Source: an uncultured Ignavibacteriaceae bacterium (GTDB lineage: Bacteria > Bacteroidota > Ignavibacteria > UBA10030). Taken from it: DNA of 64,000 nt. A program made the position numbers and the translations under genes. The number at the start of each line of letters is the position of its first letter. Positions within the stretch are counted from its first letter, which is position 1. The notes below the pieces were generated by a model. It was not told where the DNA came from and searched no databases. It saw nothing but the letters and a program-made list of their open reading frames with translations. Below are positions 31,108-40,670 of this stretch, one piece after another. Where the stretch lies: positions 50,811 through 114,810 of the forward strand of contig CAZYYD010000001.1 in assembly GCA_964651225.1 (NCBI GenBank), written 5' to 3'.

Positions 31108-33672
31108 TTAGTGTCTTCCTTCAAACTTCTTCCATTCATCGGCATAATACTGCAATTTTTGATCAGCAAGAGCATATAAGGTACCCGGTTCAAATGAGTG
31201 ACGGGGCATCTGTTTTCCCGCTTTCGTGCCGGTGAGGATCTCGATTCCTTCGTTAATGGTTTTGATTGCATAAATGTTGAATTTCTTTTTTTGCACAGCC
31301 TCGAACACATCTTCCCGCAGCATCAGATCGTCCACATTCTGAATGGGAATCATGACGCCTTGTTTGCCGGTCAGTCCGCGGGCTCTGCAGATATCGTAAA
31401 AACCTTCGATCTTGAGATTGACCCCGCCAATCGGCTGGATCTCTCCTTTTTGGTTTACCGAACCGGTGACCGCGATATCCTGGCGGAGGGGGATTTCGGT
31501 GAGACTTGAGAGAATAGCATAGATTTCCGTCGAAGATGCGCTGTCGCCGTCGATGCCGCCGTACGATTGCTCGAAGGTAATACTTGCATCCATCACCAGC
31601 GGTTTGTTTTGAGCAAAGAGACTGCGGAAATACCCGCTCAGGATAGCGACACCCTTATTGTGTGTCGGGCCGCTCATGTCAGCATCGCGGTCGATATTGA
31701 TGACACCGCTCCGTCCCAAAGCCGTGCGCGCCGTGATGCGGGAAGGCTTGCCAAAAGCATGTTCGCCAACGTCGTAGACAGAAAGTCCATTTACTTGACC
31801 GACGACCGATCCTTCGGTATCGATCATAAGCGTGCCGTTCTCGATCATTTCTTGTATTTTCTCTTCCACGAGTTTTACTCGGTAAATACGTTCGGCAATT
31901 GCTTTCTCAATATGATTGCCGGTGACAATGGTAGATTTTTCCTTCTGAGCCCAATAATTTGCTTCGCGAACGACATCAGCAACAAGATTAAACCGGGTAG
32001 ATAGTTTCTGCTGGCGCCCTGCAAGGCGAACACCAAATTCGATAATTTGTGCCAGTGCGGCTGCATTGAACGGGGAGAGATGTTCATCGTCACAGATCAT
32101 TTTTACGAAGCGGATGTACTGTGCAACGGTCGCTTTGGTCTTCGGCATTTCAAAATCGAAATCTGCGCGAATCTTAAAGATCTTCTTAAAATCATCATCG
32201 CGGAAATATAAAAGATGGTACAAATCCGTATCGCCGATCATGATCACTTTCACCGTGATCTGAAACGGCTCCGGCTTGAGGCTTGCTGCGGAATATCCGA
32301 AGAGCGGTTCATAAGTTTGAATATCCATCAAACCCGTCCTCAGCGTGCGCTTTAAATCCTGCCAGACACTCGGCTCGATGAGGGTATCGAGAGCGTTGAG
32401 CACGAGGTACCCTCCGTCTGCCCGTAACAAGGATCCGGCCTTGACCTTCGTAAAATCGGTACGCCAGATGCCTCCTTTTTCCATTTCGCGTTCGACTGTG
32501 CCAAAGATATTCTTGTACTTCGGATTTGTTTCAATAACGATGGGAACGTGCTGCGTTTCGGAATTATCAACTAGGACATTAACCTGAAACTCAAGAAATT
32601 CGTCCTCATCCTCTTCATTCGGTTCTCCCTCCTGCGGCGGTATTGCGAGCTGCTGTTTCCGAAATCTGTCAAGGTTCTCTCTAACATTTGACCGCACTTC
32701 ATCAAAATAACCATGCAATTTTTCGAGACTGTACGTGGCTTTCAAAACGCGGATAGCATCGTCGACAGCCGGCATGACCAGCTTCTCTTCCAGACCCTTA
32801 AGCGACTGCTGGACTTTTTTCTCGATATTGCGCAATTCGCGGAAGACGGTCGCCATCTGCTTCTCTAATTCCGTCAGTGCATCGCGCATCACACGAAACT
32901 GTTCCTTCTCGAACTCTCCCTTCTGAACAAGGATTTCCACCTGATCCAGATTCGTCGGATTTCCGTTTACCACGGGGACGATATCGGGGCGCATGGAATT
33001 GCCGATCTGTACCTGCACGAGATCAAAACCGCGTTCTTTGACACGCCGTTCAAAATCTTGCAGCACACTCTTCTGGCGTTCTTGAAAATGCTGAACGAGT
33101 TTTTTGCGCTCCTGCTGGTACCGCTGACTTTCATAGACGGAAGGAATATCCCGCAGTAATTCCTTGATAAAATTTTCCATATCCTGGCGTAATCCCTGTC
33201 CCTGACCCGGGGGAAGAGAAATGGCGATCGGCATATCAGGATTTTTGAAGTTGTAGACGTAGCAATGGTCTTTCAGGCTGCCCTGTTTTTTCTCAAAATC
33301 CTGCAGCAGCCGTTTGATCGTTGTCGTGCGTCCGGTACCGGTCAAACCGGTGACAAAAATATTATATCCGAAATGACTCATCTCTAACCCGACGCGTAAT
33401 GCCCGCAGCGCACGTTCCTGTCCGATAATTTCACGCGTAGGTTGAATGTCGTTTGTGGATTTAATCCCAAGCGAGAGAGGATCACACTGCCACCGAAGCT
33501 TATGAACCTGCAGCGGTTTATGGTCGGGTGCCGCTTTGAGTTGATTTGACGAACTGTTGGTCTTCTTTTTCATAGGTTCTCTGCTTATGTGGTGGCTGCC
33601 GGTTTTCCCTTCGATTGTACGGAAAAGAGGGGTGAGTTTCAAACACTTCCTCCAGGGCTCGATAAAAACCAT
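31108..33672 (-). CDS. Lon-like ATP-dependent protease (COG1067 type: AAA+ module with Lon S16 proteolytic domain)
   Basis: Walker A (GLTGTGRTT), a Lon C-terminal proteolytic domain (GGIDGDSASSTEIYAILSSL), and 6 nt upstream of the K+ channel gene. The true start is probably the internal MKKKTNSS (about 33573). Confidence 0.8.
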   Translation of the reverse strand: MVFIEPWRKCLKLTPLFRTIEGKTGSHHISREPMKKKTNSSSNQLKAAPDHKPLQVHKLRWQCDPLSLGIKSTNDIQPTREIIGQERALRALRVGLEMSHFGYNIFVTGLTGTGRTTTIKRLLQDFEKKQGSLKDHCYVYNFKNPDMPIAISLPPGQGQGLRQDMENFIKELLRDIPSVYESQRYQQERKKLVQHFQERQKSVLQDFERRVKERGFDLVQVQIGNSMRPDIVPVVNGNPTNLDQVEILVQKGEFEKEQFRVMRDALTELEKQMATVFRELRNIEKKVQQSLKGLEEKLVMPAVDDAIRVLKATYSLEKLHGYFDEVRSNVRENLDRFRKQQLAIPPQEGEPNEEDEDEFLEFQVNVLVDNSETQHVPIVIETNPKYKNIFGTVEREMEKGGIWRTDFTKVKAGSLLRADGGYLVLNALDTLIEPSVWQDLKRTLRTGLMDIQTYEPLFGYSAASLKPEPFQITVKVIMIGDTDLYHLLYFRDDDFKKIFKIRADFDFEMPKTKATVAQYIRFVKMICDDEHLSPFNAAALAQIIEFGVRLAGRQQKLSTRFNLVADVVREANYWAQKEKSTIVTGNHIEKAIAERIYRVKLVEEKIQEMIENGTLMIDTEGSVVGQVNGLSVYDVGEHAFGKPSRITARTALGRSGVINIDRDADMSGPTHNKGVAILSGYFRSLFAQNKPLVMDASITFEQSYGGIDGDSASSTEIYAILSSLTEIPLRQDIAVTGSVNQKGEIQPIGGVNLKIEGFYDICRARGLTGKQGVMIPIQNVDDLMLREDVFEAVQKKKFNIYAIKTINEGIEILTGTKAGKQMPRHSFEPGTLYALADQKLQYYADEWKKFEGRH

Positions 33673-33723
33673 ACGGATTTCTCTGAATACTGCGACGCAT
33701 ATTCGTTTGTGCTCCTCAAAGGT

Positions 33724-34638
33724 CTAGCCATGGGAAGGTGAAAAGAGTCCGCGATCATTTTCCGGCAGATCGCAAAATGGCTGGAGGCGTGGAAATGCGG
33801 CAAGCAGATTTGCCGGAGCTTTCAGTCGCTTTGCGGGATATAATGCATGTTCTACCTGGCGGCCATTCACCAGGGAAAAAGCCTGACGATCATTATGGAA
33901 AACAACGTAGGTTTTCTTTGCACCGATTTGATGAATCCTCTGAACAAGATCATGGAGTTCCTCTTCGCTGTACAGGTAGAAGTACCGGTCTCCGTCTGCG
34001 GGATTCTTCCATGCTTGTGCGTTGCGCCCCATCATTCGAAAGTACGCTGTACCTTCCCAGGAAAAAGAATGCAGGGGTCTATGGTTTGGCAGCGTCGGCA
34101 GGTCGACATTGATCAGGCGTAAACCATGATCGCGGCAGAATTGATAGAAGAGGTCATTATCCCACGAAGAGTGGCGGAGATCAAGGAATAAGGGATCTTC
34201 GGAAAAAGCAGAACGGAGCTGAAGAAGGTACCTCTGACGTTCATCCGTTCTCTCGAATAAAGACGAAAATTGGATGACCAATCCCTCCAATTTTTCCGCT
34301 TCACGCAGCGGATCCAGCATCCGATGAACGGCAAGAGCATCGTTCCTTGTCGCGTCAAACGTATGGGTAAATCCCCGGTACAGTTTGATGGTAAAGATAA
34401 ATTCCGGATTCTGACTGACATCTTTCAGCCATCGTTGTGCTTGTGCCGGAGAAAGCGAGGTATTGTAGAATGTCGCGTTGATCTCGACCATATCGAAAAA
34501 TTGACTGTAGTATTCCAGTTTGCGAAACCCTTTCGGAAGTTTCGCCGGATAGAATACACCGTTGAATGGCGGTAGTTCCCATCCACCCATCCCAATAAAA
34601 ATTTTGGTTGTGCCTTCGATGTTTCCGTCGCCCGTCAT
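33724..34638 (-). CDS. DUF72-family protein (YecE-like)
   Basis: The N-terminal pattern IFIGMGGWELPPFNGVFYPAKLPKGFRKLEYYSQFFDMVEINATFY is typical of DUF72. Confidence 0.75.
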   Translation of the reverse strand: MTGDGNIEGTTKIFIGMGGWELPPFNGVFYPAKLPKGFRKLEYYSQFFDMVEINATFYNTSLSPAQAQRWLKDVSQNPEFIFTIKLYRGFTHTFDATRNDALAVHRMLDPLREAEKLEGLVIQFSSLFERTDERQRYLLQLRSAFSEDPLFLDLRHSSWDNDLFYQFCRDHGLRLINVDLPTLPNHRPLHSFSWEGTAYFRMMGRNAQAWKNPADGDRYFYLYSEEELHDLVQRIHQIGAKKTYVVFHNDRQAFSLVNGRQVEHALYPAKRLKAPANLLAAFPRLQPFCDLPENDRGLFSPSHG

Positions 34639-34714
34639 GGTGCAGGTGTGTGAATGTTTCTTCCACGGTACGGAATCGTTCGTGTCGGGAGAATGTGGTT
34701 CCCTTTTTTGAACA

Positions 34715-36025
34715 TTATTCTGTTTTATCCTGTAGAGGGAGTTTTTTCATACGGACGAAGACGATGACATTTTCCTTAACATCCTCTGCCGTAAATTCGA
34801 TACCGTTGAGGACCAGGCGCTCACCCTTCGAGGGAATATGGCCGAACTGTTCAATCATCAATCCGCCGATGGAACGAATATCCATAGGCGAAAGTTCAAC
34901 GGAAAAGAGTCGCTCAACATCATTTGTGGTAATACTGCCGTCAACGATATATTCATTCTCACTGACTTTGACGACATCAGGAGGTTCGCGGTCATACTCG
35001 TCTTGAATGTTTCCTACAAGCTCTTCCAGGACCAATTCGAGTGTCAGAAGTCCCGCTGTACCGCCGTACTCATCGGCGAGAATGACCATATGTGTCTTCT
35101 TTTGCAGGATCGTCGTCAATGCTTTTTCAAGGGATGCTGTCTCGGGCAGGAATGAGGCATCACGGAGAACGGAGTCTAATGTAAAACCGGGTTGGAGATG
35201 GCGGTCGTGTTTAAAAATATCTTTTGTGTAGACCATGCCGATAATATTGTCGATGGTGTCCCGGAAAACAGGAAATCGGGAGAATTTATGACTGCGCATC
35301 AGAGCAATACTTTCCTGAACGGGCGCATAGAGAGAAAGCGCTACAATTTCTTTTCGAGGAACCATAACATGCCGTGCCTGTTTTTCATGAAAATCCATCG
35401 CATTCAAAGCGATACTTCTTGTCGTGGCGGAGACGTGCTTATCCTGCGTAAGGATGAGACGCAGTTCTTCTTCCGAGTGACCATCTGAGACGATAAAGGA
35501 TTGCAGTCCCAACAGGCGGAGCAGGCCGTTGGAAGCGGCGTTCAGGAGTCTAATGAGCGGTTTGAAGAAAAAGAAAAAGAACCTTAGCGGTGAAGAAACA
35601 AACAGGATCGTCTGTCGCGCCCTTTGAATGGCGAGAACTTTGGGTGCCTGTTCACCCACAATAATGTGCAGTGCTGTGATGACAGCAAATGCGAATGCGA
35701 ACGAGATACCATGAATCCATGTCTGCTGAGTCAGACCGATCAATTGAAAGAACGGGAGCAGCATTTCTGCCGCAAGCGGTTCCCCGATCCATCCAAGAGC
35801 AAGCGATGTCATGGTAATGCCGAGCTGTGCAGCGGAGAGATACACTGTTGTATGGAGAAGAATCTCGCGGGCAATCTTTGCGCGCCAGTTTCCTTTGATG
35901 ACGAGCGGTTCGATCTGCGTGAGACGCACTTTGACAATGGCGAATTCAGCGGCGACAAAAAACCCGTTGAGAAAAACGAAGAAGAAAATTGTGGAAATAT
36001 CGAAAACGTATTGCCAAAAACTCAT
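34715..36025 (-). CDS. HlyC/CorC-family transporter (DUF21/CNNM TM domain, CBS pair, CorC_HlyC)
   Basis: An N-terminal DUF21 membrane domain, tandem CBS region and a C-terminal transporter-associated domain. Confidence 0.85.
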   Translation of the reverse strand: MSFWQYVFDISTIFFFVFLNGFFVAAEFAIVKVRLTQIEPLVIKGNWRAKIAREILLHTTVYLSAAQLGITMTSLALGWIGEPLAAEMLLPFFQLIGLTQQTWIHGISFAFAFAVITALHIIVGEQAPKVLAIQRARQTILFVSSPLRFFFFFFKPLIRLLNAASNGLLRLLGLQSFIVSDGHSEEELRLILTQDKHVSATTRSIALNAMDFHEKQARHVMVPRKEIVALSLYAPVQESIALMRSHKFSRFPVFRDTIDNIIGMVYTKDIFKHDRHLQPGFTLDSVLRDASFLPETASLEKALTTILQKKTHMVILADEYGGTAGLLTLELVLEELVGNIQDEYDREPPDVVKVSENEYIVDGSITTNDVERLFSVELSPMDIRSIGGLMIEQFGHIPSKGERLVLNGIEFTAEDVKENVIVFVRMKKLPLQDKTE

Positions 36026-36140
36026 AGATGTCCCTTTTTGTGCCTGACTAATATAGCCGAATAAGAGCTGTGCATCAAGAAGTTCGCTAAAACAGGAAAA
36101 ATCGCTTTTTAGCAGGATTCTAGGACTCAGAAAGAATAGT

Positions 36141-39002
36141 TTACCGGCGTATTTGCTCTGAAATCCAGCTCAAGTACGATTCCAGCCGCGCAAGGAAATT
36201 GAGATAGGCAGTAGACCATTCAGCAGGGTTGCCCGGTTTATTTTTGCCGAGGAGTTCCTGAAAAACACGGGAGACTTCCATCGCAAGTTTCTGTTTGCCT
36301 TCTTCGAGAGCGGACTCAACTTCGGAGGAGTAAAAGCTTCGGAGGCTGCGGATGTCCTGCCGTACACGAGATTCCGGTCCTTTGCTGGTAAAAAACGTCT
36401 GATCGGTTTTTTGCCCGCCGGACATTTCATAAATGAGAAGATTCCATTGTTCCATCACATCACGGAAATGTTTCTCATTTTCACACGTATCCAGAGGCAG
36501 GCTGCGTGAAACTTCATCGGTTGCGACGGAATTATGAAAGACTATATCCCCGCCAACATACTGCGAAAGGAGATTGATGTCCGTCCGCCAGCCGATGACA
36601 CGCTGAACAGCGGTAACGACATCCTGCTCAATGTCGCGTACAGGTTTGACAGCTGGCTTCGTTTCCCGCTGTTTTGCTATCATCTTCATTTTCAGTTCGA
36701 GTTCGTGATCGGCTTCCTTTTTCGGTTCTTCTGATCCGGACGGTGTGGATTCGTATTTTTGTCTTTTGTCGCTGAGCGAAAAGAGATTCTCACGGTCGCT
36801 GTAGGTAAGCCCGTCGAACTTTTTTGCCGTCTGGGCAAAAGAAGCCGGTTCGTCCGCTTCTGCCTGCAGCAGCATCAGGAGCCGCGTAAAAAGTCGATCC
36901 TGATACAAGGATTTGAAGTGTGACATGTCGGCAAGAACGTACAAATCTTCTCCAACACAGGAAAAAACCGTATTAAAGAGCCGTGCAATCTTGTGTTCAC
37001 CGATCTTTTTATCGTCGATAGCGCGCATGGTATAATCGACACCGGCCATTGTCGTATCAAAAATGATTGCACTCTTCCGGCGGTTACAAAAGCTCTGCGG
37101 AGTTCCTATTTCGATATTCCTGATTCCATGAAGCCGAACTTGGAGTTTTGCTGCCAAGGTGGGGCCCGCAAACGGTAAAACAACTCCTATGTCAAGAGCG
37201 CACCGGCCGGGCTCCATAAGAGCATGCTTGACACATTCAACGACCTGTTTGGAATGGAGTTCGTTATAAGGAAGAATCTTTTTCTTGCCGAGATACTGCT
37301 TGCACCTGGATCGGATATTCGTCGTATCGATGAAATAAATCTTTCCCTTTGCAGTGGGAGATGCAAACACATTGATCTTGTCGTCGAACAGAACCGAGGC
37401 GACGAAGAGCGACAATTTTGGAGTAGTCGCGAAGTGTGATTTCATCAGAATGGACCATTGGGGATTTCTTTCCGACCATTCAAAGAGCTTATGAAGTTCA
37501 GTGGTCTGAGCAACGTGCATAAAAATATCGCGCTGAAGCCACCGCTCTGTCTGTGCGTCGGTCGATACAGTTTCCGGTTCTGCCTGGAAGGGATCACCCG
37601 CGATAACGAATTTGTCGCGGGCTATTGTTGCCAGTGCAGCTAATGTCGGTATGTTGACTCGCTGAGCTTCATCCACGATGACAAGGTCAAACTGTTGTCC
37701 CCGGATTGCAGGATTCATCAATGCAGAAGAGATACCGGTGGCAATAAACAATTTTGGCTGCAGAAATGTCTGCTCATCCATAGCAGTAAAATCTTCCACC
37801 GCTGTTGTCACTTTTTCCTGGCCGCCAAGTTCATCCATCCTCTTGAGAGTTTCCCTGAATTCCTTCTGCTCTTGGGCAGTGACAGGCGCATAGAGTTCGA
37901 TCCCTGTGATCTCGTTGGAGACCGCCTGCTGGGCCGCCAGGAGACGTTTATGAGATTGCTGTTGTTTCGACAATTGTTCATGCGCACTGGCAACATCTTC
38001 TTTTGAGAATCCCTTTTTTACACGGTCCATCAACGATGCATTTTCCAGGTCAATAATTGTTTGATTGAGCTGAGAGATATCCTTTGAGACCTGGTCAATC
38101 TGCTTGCGGAGCTCGGCCAGACGGTCCCGTTTGTCTTGTACTTTCTGATAAAAATCTTCATGGAGAATTTGTTTGATCTTTATCCGCCAATAGGTATTTA
38201 ATAATGTAACCCGCTCCTGGAAGGCTTTGCGTTTTTCTGTTTTCAAACTCTCGATCTGGTCTTCGAACGAGTATTTGGCGATTGCATCAAAAGTCTCCAG
38301 CGAAGGAAGGTCGACACGTACCGCAAATTTCGTCATCTTGATACCGAGTTGTTCGCCAATACTTGCGGTTTCCAGCAGCATAGAATCGACATTGTCATTG
38401 GAAGGTGCAATAAACAACACTTTGCGGCCGGCTTTCAAATAACTGACTGCGGCAAGAGCCAGGGCGTGAGTCTTTCCGGAAAGAACAGGCCCCCATACCA
38501 TGGTCACCCTGTTTTGAAACATCTTCTTCACTGTCTCGAGCTGCTCAGGCGGTGTATTAGCAATACTATATGCTTCAACATTGACTGTGTGACTGTTCGT
38601 CCTGTCTGCCGGATTGAACAGCAGCTGCGGGATGGGGGATTTGACATCAAGCTTGTTCAAGAGGTCAATAACAGGGCGTTGTTCTGCTTCATAGTTCCAT
38701 GAACAGAATACTTCCGGTAGCACTGGGCCAAAATCTTGAGGCAACGCAACGGTCAAGAATTGATTTTCGAGAGTGATAATATTACCGGAAACACTGATAG
38801 GCTGCTTTTGACCGAAGGTGAAGAGGCCGCGTTCTGCTGTGTGAAGAAGGATATCCTCGGGAATTTCGAATCGATAATAGGTAAAACCGGCAAACTGACC
38901 TACACGTTCGCCGCTGGAAAGACAAATTCTTTGTCGGGCAGATTTTAATTGCTCAAGTTCTTTTTGTAGTGCATCGGCCAACTCTGTGTAAAGTGTTTTC
39001 AC
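36141..39002 (-). CDS. Upf1/DNA2-like superfamily-1 helicase (953 aa) with a coiled-coil insertion and uncharacterised N- and C-terminal regions
   Basis: Walker A (GPVLSGKTHAL), motif II (LVIVDEAQRV) and an AAA_11/AAA_12-like organisation. A heptad-rich insert of about 170 aa lies between motifs I and II. The about 170-aa N-terminal and about 250-aa C-terminal regions are unrecognised. Confidence 0.75.
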   Translation of the reverse strand: MKTLYTELADALQKELEQLKSARQRICLSSGERVGQFAGFTYYRFEIPEDILLHTAERGLFTFGQKQPISVSGNIITLENQFLTVALPQDFGPVLPEVFCSWNYEAEQRPVIDLLNKLDVKSPIPQLLFNPADRTNSHTVNVEAYSIANTPPEQLETVKKMFQNRVTMVWGPVLSGKTHALALAAVSYLKAGRKVLFIAPSNDNVDSMLLETASIGEQLGIKMTKFAVRVDLPSLETFDAIAKYSFEDQIESLKTEKRKAFQERVTLLNTYWRIKIKQILHEDFYQKVQDKRDRLAELRKQIDQVSKDISQLNQTIIDLENASLMDRVKKGFSKEDVASAHEQLSKQQQSHKRLLAAQQAVSNEITGIELYAPVTAQEQKEFRETLKRMDELGGQEKVTTAVEDFTAMDEQTFLQPKLFIATGISSALMNPAIRGQQFDLVIVDEAQRVNIPTLAALATIARDKFVIAGDPFQAEPETVSTDAQTERWLQRDIFMHVAQTTELHKLFEWSERNPQWSILMKSHFATTPKLSLFVASVLFDDKINVFASPTAKGKIYFIDTTNIRSRCKQYLGKKKILPYNELHSKQVVECVKHALMEPGRCALDIGVVLPFAGPTLAAKLQVRLHGIRNIEIGTPQSFCNRRKSAIIFDTTMAGVDYTMRAIDDKKIGEHKIARLFNTVFSCVGEDLYVLADMSHFKSLYQDRLFTRLLMLLQAEADEPASFAQTAKKFDGLTYSDRENLFSLSDKRQKYESTPSGSEEPKKEADHELELKMKMIAKQRETKPAVKPVRDIEQDVVTAVQRVIGWRTDINLLSQYVGGDIVFHNSVATDEVSRSLPLDTCENEKHFRDVMEQWNLLIYEMSGGQKTDQTFFTSKGPESRVRQDIRSLRSFYSSEVESALEEGKQKLAMEVSRVFQELLGKNKPGNPAEWSTAYLNFLARLESYLSWISEQIRR

Positions 39003-39169
39003 GTTCGCCTTGTTTAAGTGCGGGTGAGGTTAACGTCGTTTTTTATAAAAGCAGAACCCTATCAAAAGTAGGACTTTTACACTCAAAGTCAAGAAACCGG
39101 AACATTCCAGGATTTACAAATGATATGGATTTCAGGCGATATTTTACTATTCTCAATAAAGGTGCAGTT

Positions 39170-40600
39170 ATGGAACAGTATGATGTCCTCATTATGGGCG
39201 GGGGATTGTCTGGATTAAGTGCAGCGGTTGATCTGACATTACTCGGACGCAAGGTGTGTCTCCTGGAACAGCGTCAGTATGCCGGCGGGAGGGCGTATTC
39301 ATTCCCCGATCCGGTTTCAGGTGAGATCGTTGATAACGGCCAGCATTTGATGATGGGATGCTACCATGCAACACAGAGATATCTGCGAAGCATCGGCACG
39401 GAACATCTTGCTCTGCTTCAACCGGTTCTTCGGATCGCGTTCCTATGTCCGGGAGAAGATAAAGCGGTTTTGAGTTGTCTGCGTCTTCCGGCTCCATTCC
39501 ACGTGCTGTCAGGTCTGCTCCGATTTAACGCAATTCCTCTTTGGGAACGCTTCCAGATGCTCAAGGTCGGGTTCGCACTGATCAGGCCTCCGAATGAATC
39601 GCAGCTTGATGCTCTGACTGCCGATGAATGGCTCACGCAGCTCGATCAATCTGATCGGAGCCGTAAATTTTTATGGGACGTCATTACCATTGGGGCGTTG
39701 AATAATCATCCCCGAAATGTCTCGGCGCTGATGCTGTTCAGGGTTTTACACGCGGCATTTTTTGGTCAGAAGAAAAATGCGAGTCTGCTTATTCCGAGTG
39801 TTGGTCTCAGTGAACTTTTTGTTGATCCGGCGGTAAAATTTCTCCGATCGCATGGCGGAACAATTGTTACGGGTGTTGAAGCGGAGAGCATGAAGATAAA
39901 TGGAACACACATTCATTCGGTGCAAACCACGGAAGGAAGGGAATTCTTCGCTGAATCGTTCATCAGCGCTGTTCCGTGGTATGCTGTTGAGAAAATCATG
40001 CTGATCAACGATGCCACTCATCGCCGGGGTTCTCTAGCGGATTTGATTCAGAAAAAAGGGAAAGAAAAACTTCATGACAACTTTCACTCATCCCCCATTA
40101 TTTCTCTTCAACTCAGACTCGACCGGACAGTGCTGGATGAAGAATTCGCTGCCATGATTGACACCCGCGTGCAATGGGTGTTTAATAAAAGCTGGAAAGC
40201 CGGTAAGCAAATGAGCAGTGGAGCAGTGGAGCAGTCAAGTTCTGAAGCCGATGAGTACAAAAGGGAAGGAATAGAACAGAGTCTTTCATTCGTTATCAGT
40301 GGTGCGCAGGAATTTATAGAGATGAACAAGGAACAACTCGCTGCCATTGCTATGGAAGATCTGCGAAGTGTACTGCCGAAGGCAAAAGAGGCGAAAGTAC
40401 TTCATTCGCTTGTCATCAAAGAGAAACGGGCGACGTTCTCTCCGGTGTCGAAACTTGAAACATTCCGCCCGGGTGCCCAGACTGAATTTAAGAATCTTTT
40501 TCTTGCCGGCGATTGGACAGATACAGGTTATCCTGCAACGATAGAGGGAGCAGTGTTAAGCGGAAAGAAAGCGGCGGCTATGGTGCAGCAATACAGCTAA
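39170..40600 (+). CDS. FAD-dependent amine-oxidase-family oxidoreductase (HpnE / phytoene-desaturase-like)
   Basis: An N-terminal dinucleotide-binding motif (DVLIMGGGLSGLSAA) and DNGQH motif. The start is set at MEQYD (39170), not the longer ORF-track start. Confidence 0.5.
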   Translation: MEQYDVLIMGGGLSGLSAAVDLTLLGRKVCLLEQRQYAGGRAYSFPDPVSGEIVDNGQHLMMGCYHATQRYLRSIGTEHLALLQPVLRIAFLCPGEDKAVLSCLRLPAPFHVLSGLLRFNAIPLWERFQMLKVGFALIRPPNESQLDALTADEWLTQLDQSDRSRKFLWDVITIGALNNHPRNVSALMLFRVLHAAFFGQKKNASLLIPSVGLSELFVDPAVKFLRSHGGTIVTGVEAESMKINGTHIHSVQTTEGREFFAESFISAVPWYAVEKIMLINDATHRRGSLADLIQKKGKEKLHDNFHSSPIISLQLRLDRTVLDEEFAAMIDTRVQWVFNKSWKAGKQMSSGAVEQSSSEADEYKREGIEQSLSFVISGAQEFIEMNKEQLAAIAMEDLRSVLPKAKEAKVLHSLVIKEKRATFSPVSKLETFRPGAQTEFKNLFLAGDWTDTGYPATIEGAVLSGKKAAAMVQQYS

Positions 40601-40670
40601 GGCAACTGCTGCTGGAAAATGTATCTGATGAATTCTTGATTCTGACTTCTGTATACTGTTTCACTCGAAT

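Noticed and set aside
31108-33672. Lon-like protease as BrxL of a BREX defence system
   Set aside because: No PglX methyltransferase, PglZ, BrxC-like ATPase or BrxA/B genes lie nearby. The neighbours are a K+ channel, DUF72 and CorC, so a BREX context is not supported.
39170-40600. HpnE (hopanoid) assignment implying a hopanoid biosynthesis locus
   Set aside because: No squalene or hopene synthesis genes (hpnC, hpnD, shc) are adjacent. I keep the family-level call of an FAD-dependent amine-oxidase-like oxidoreductase.
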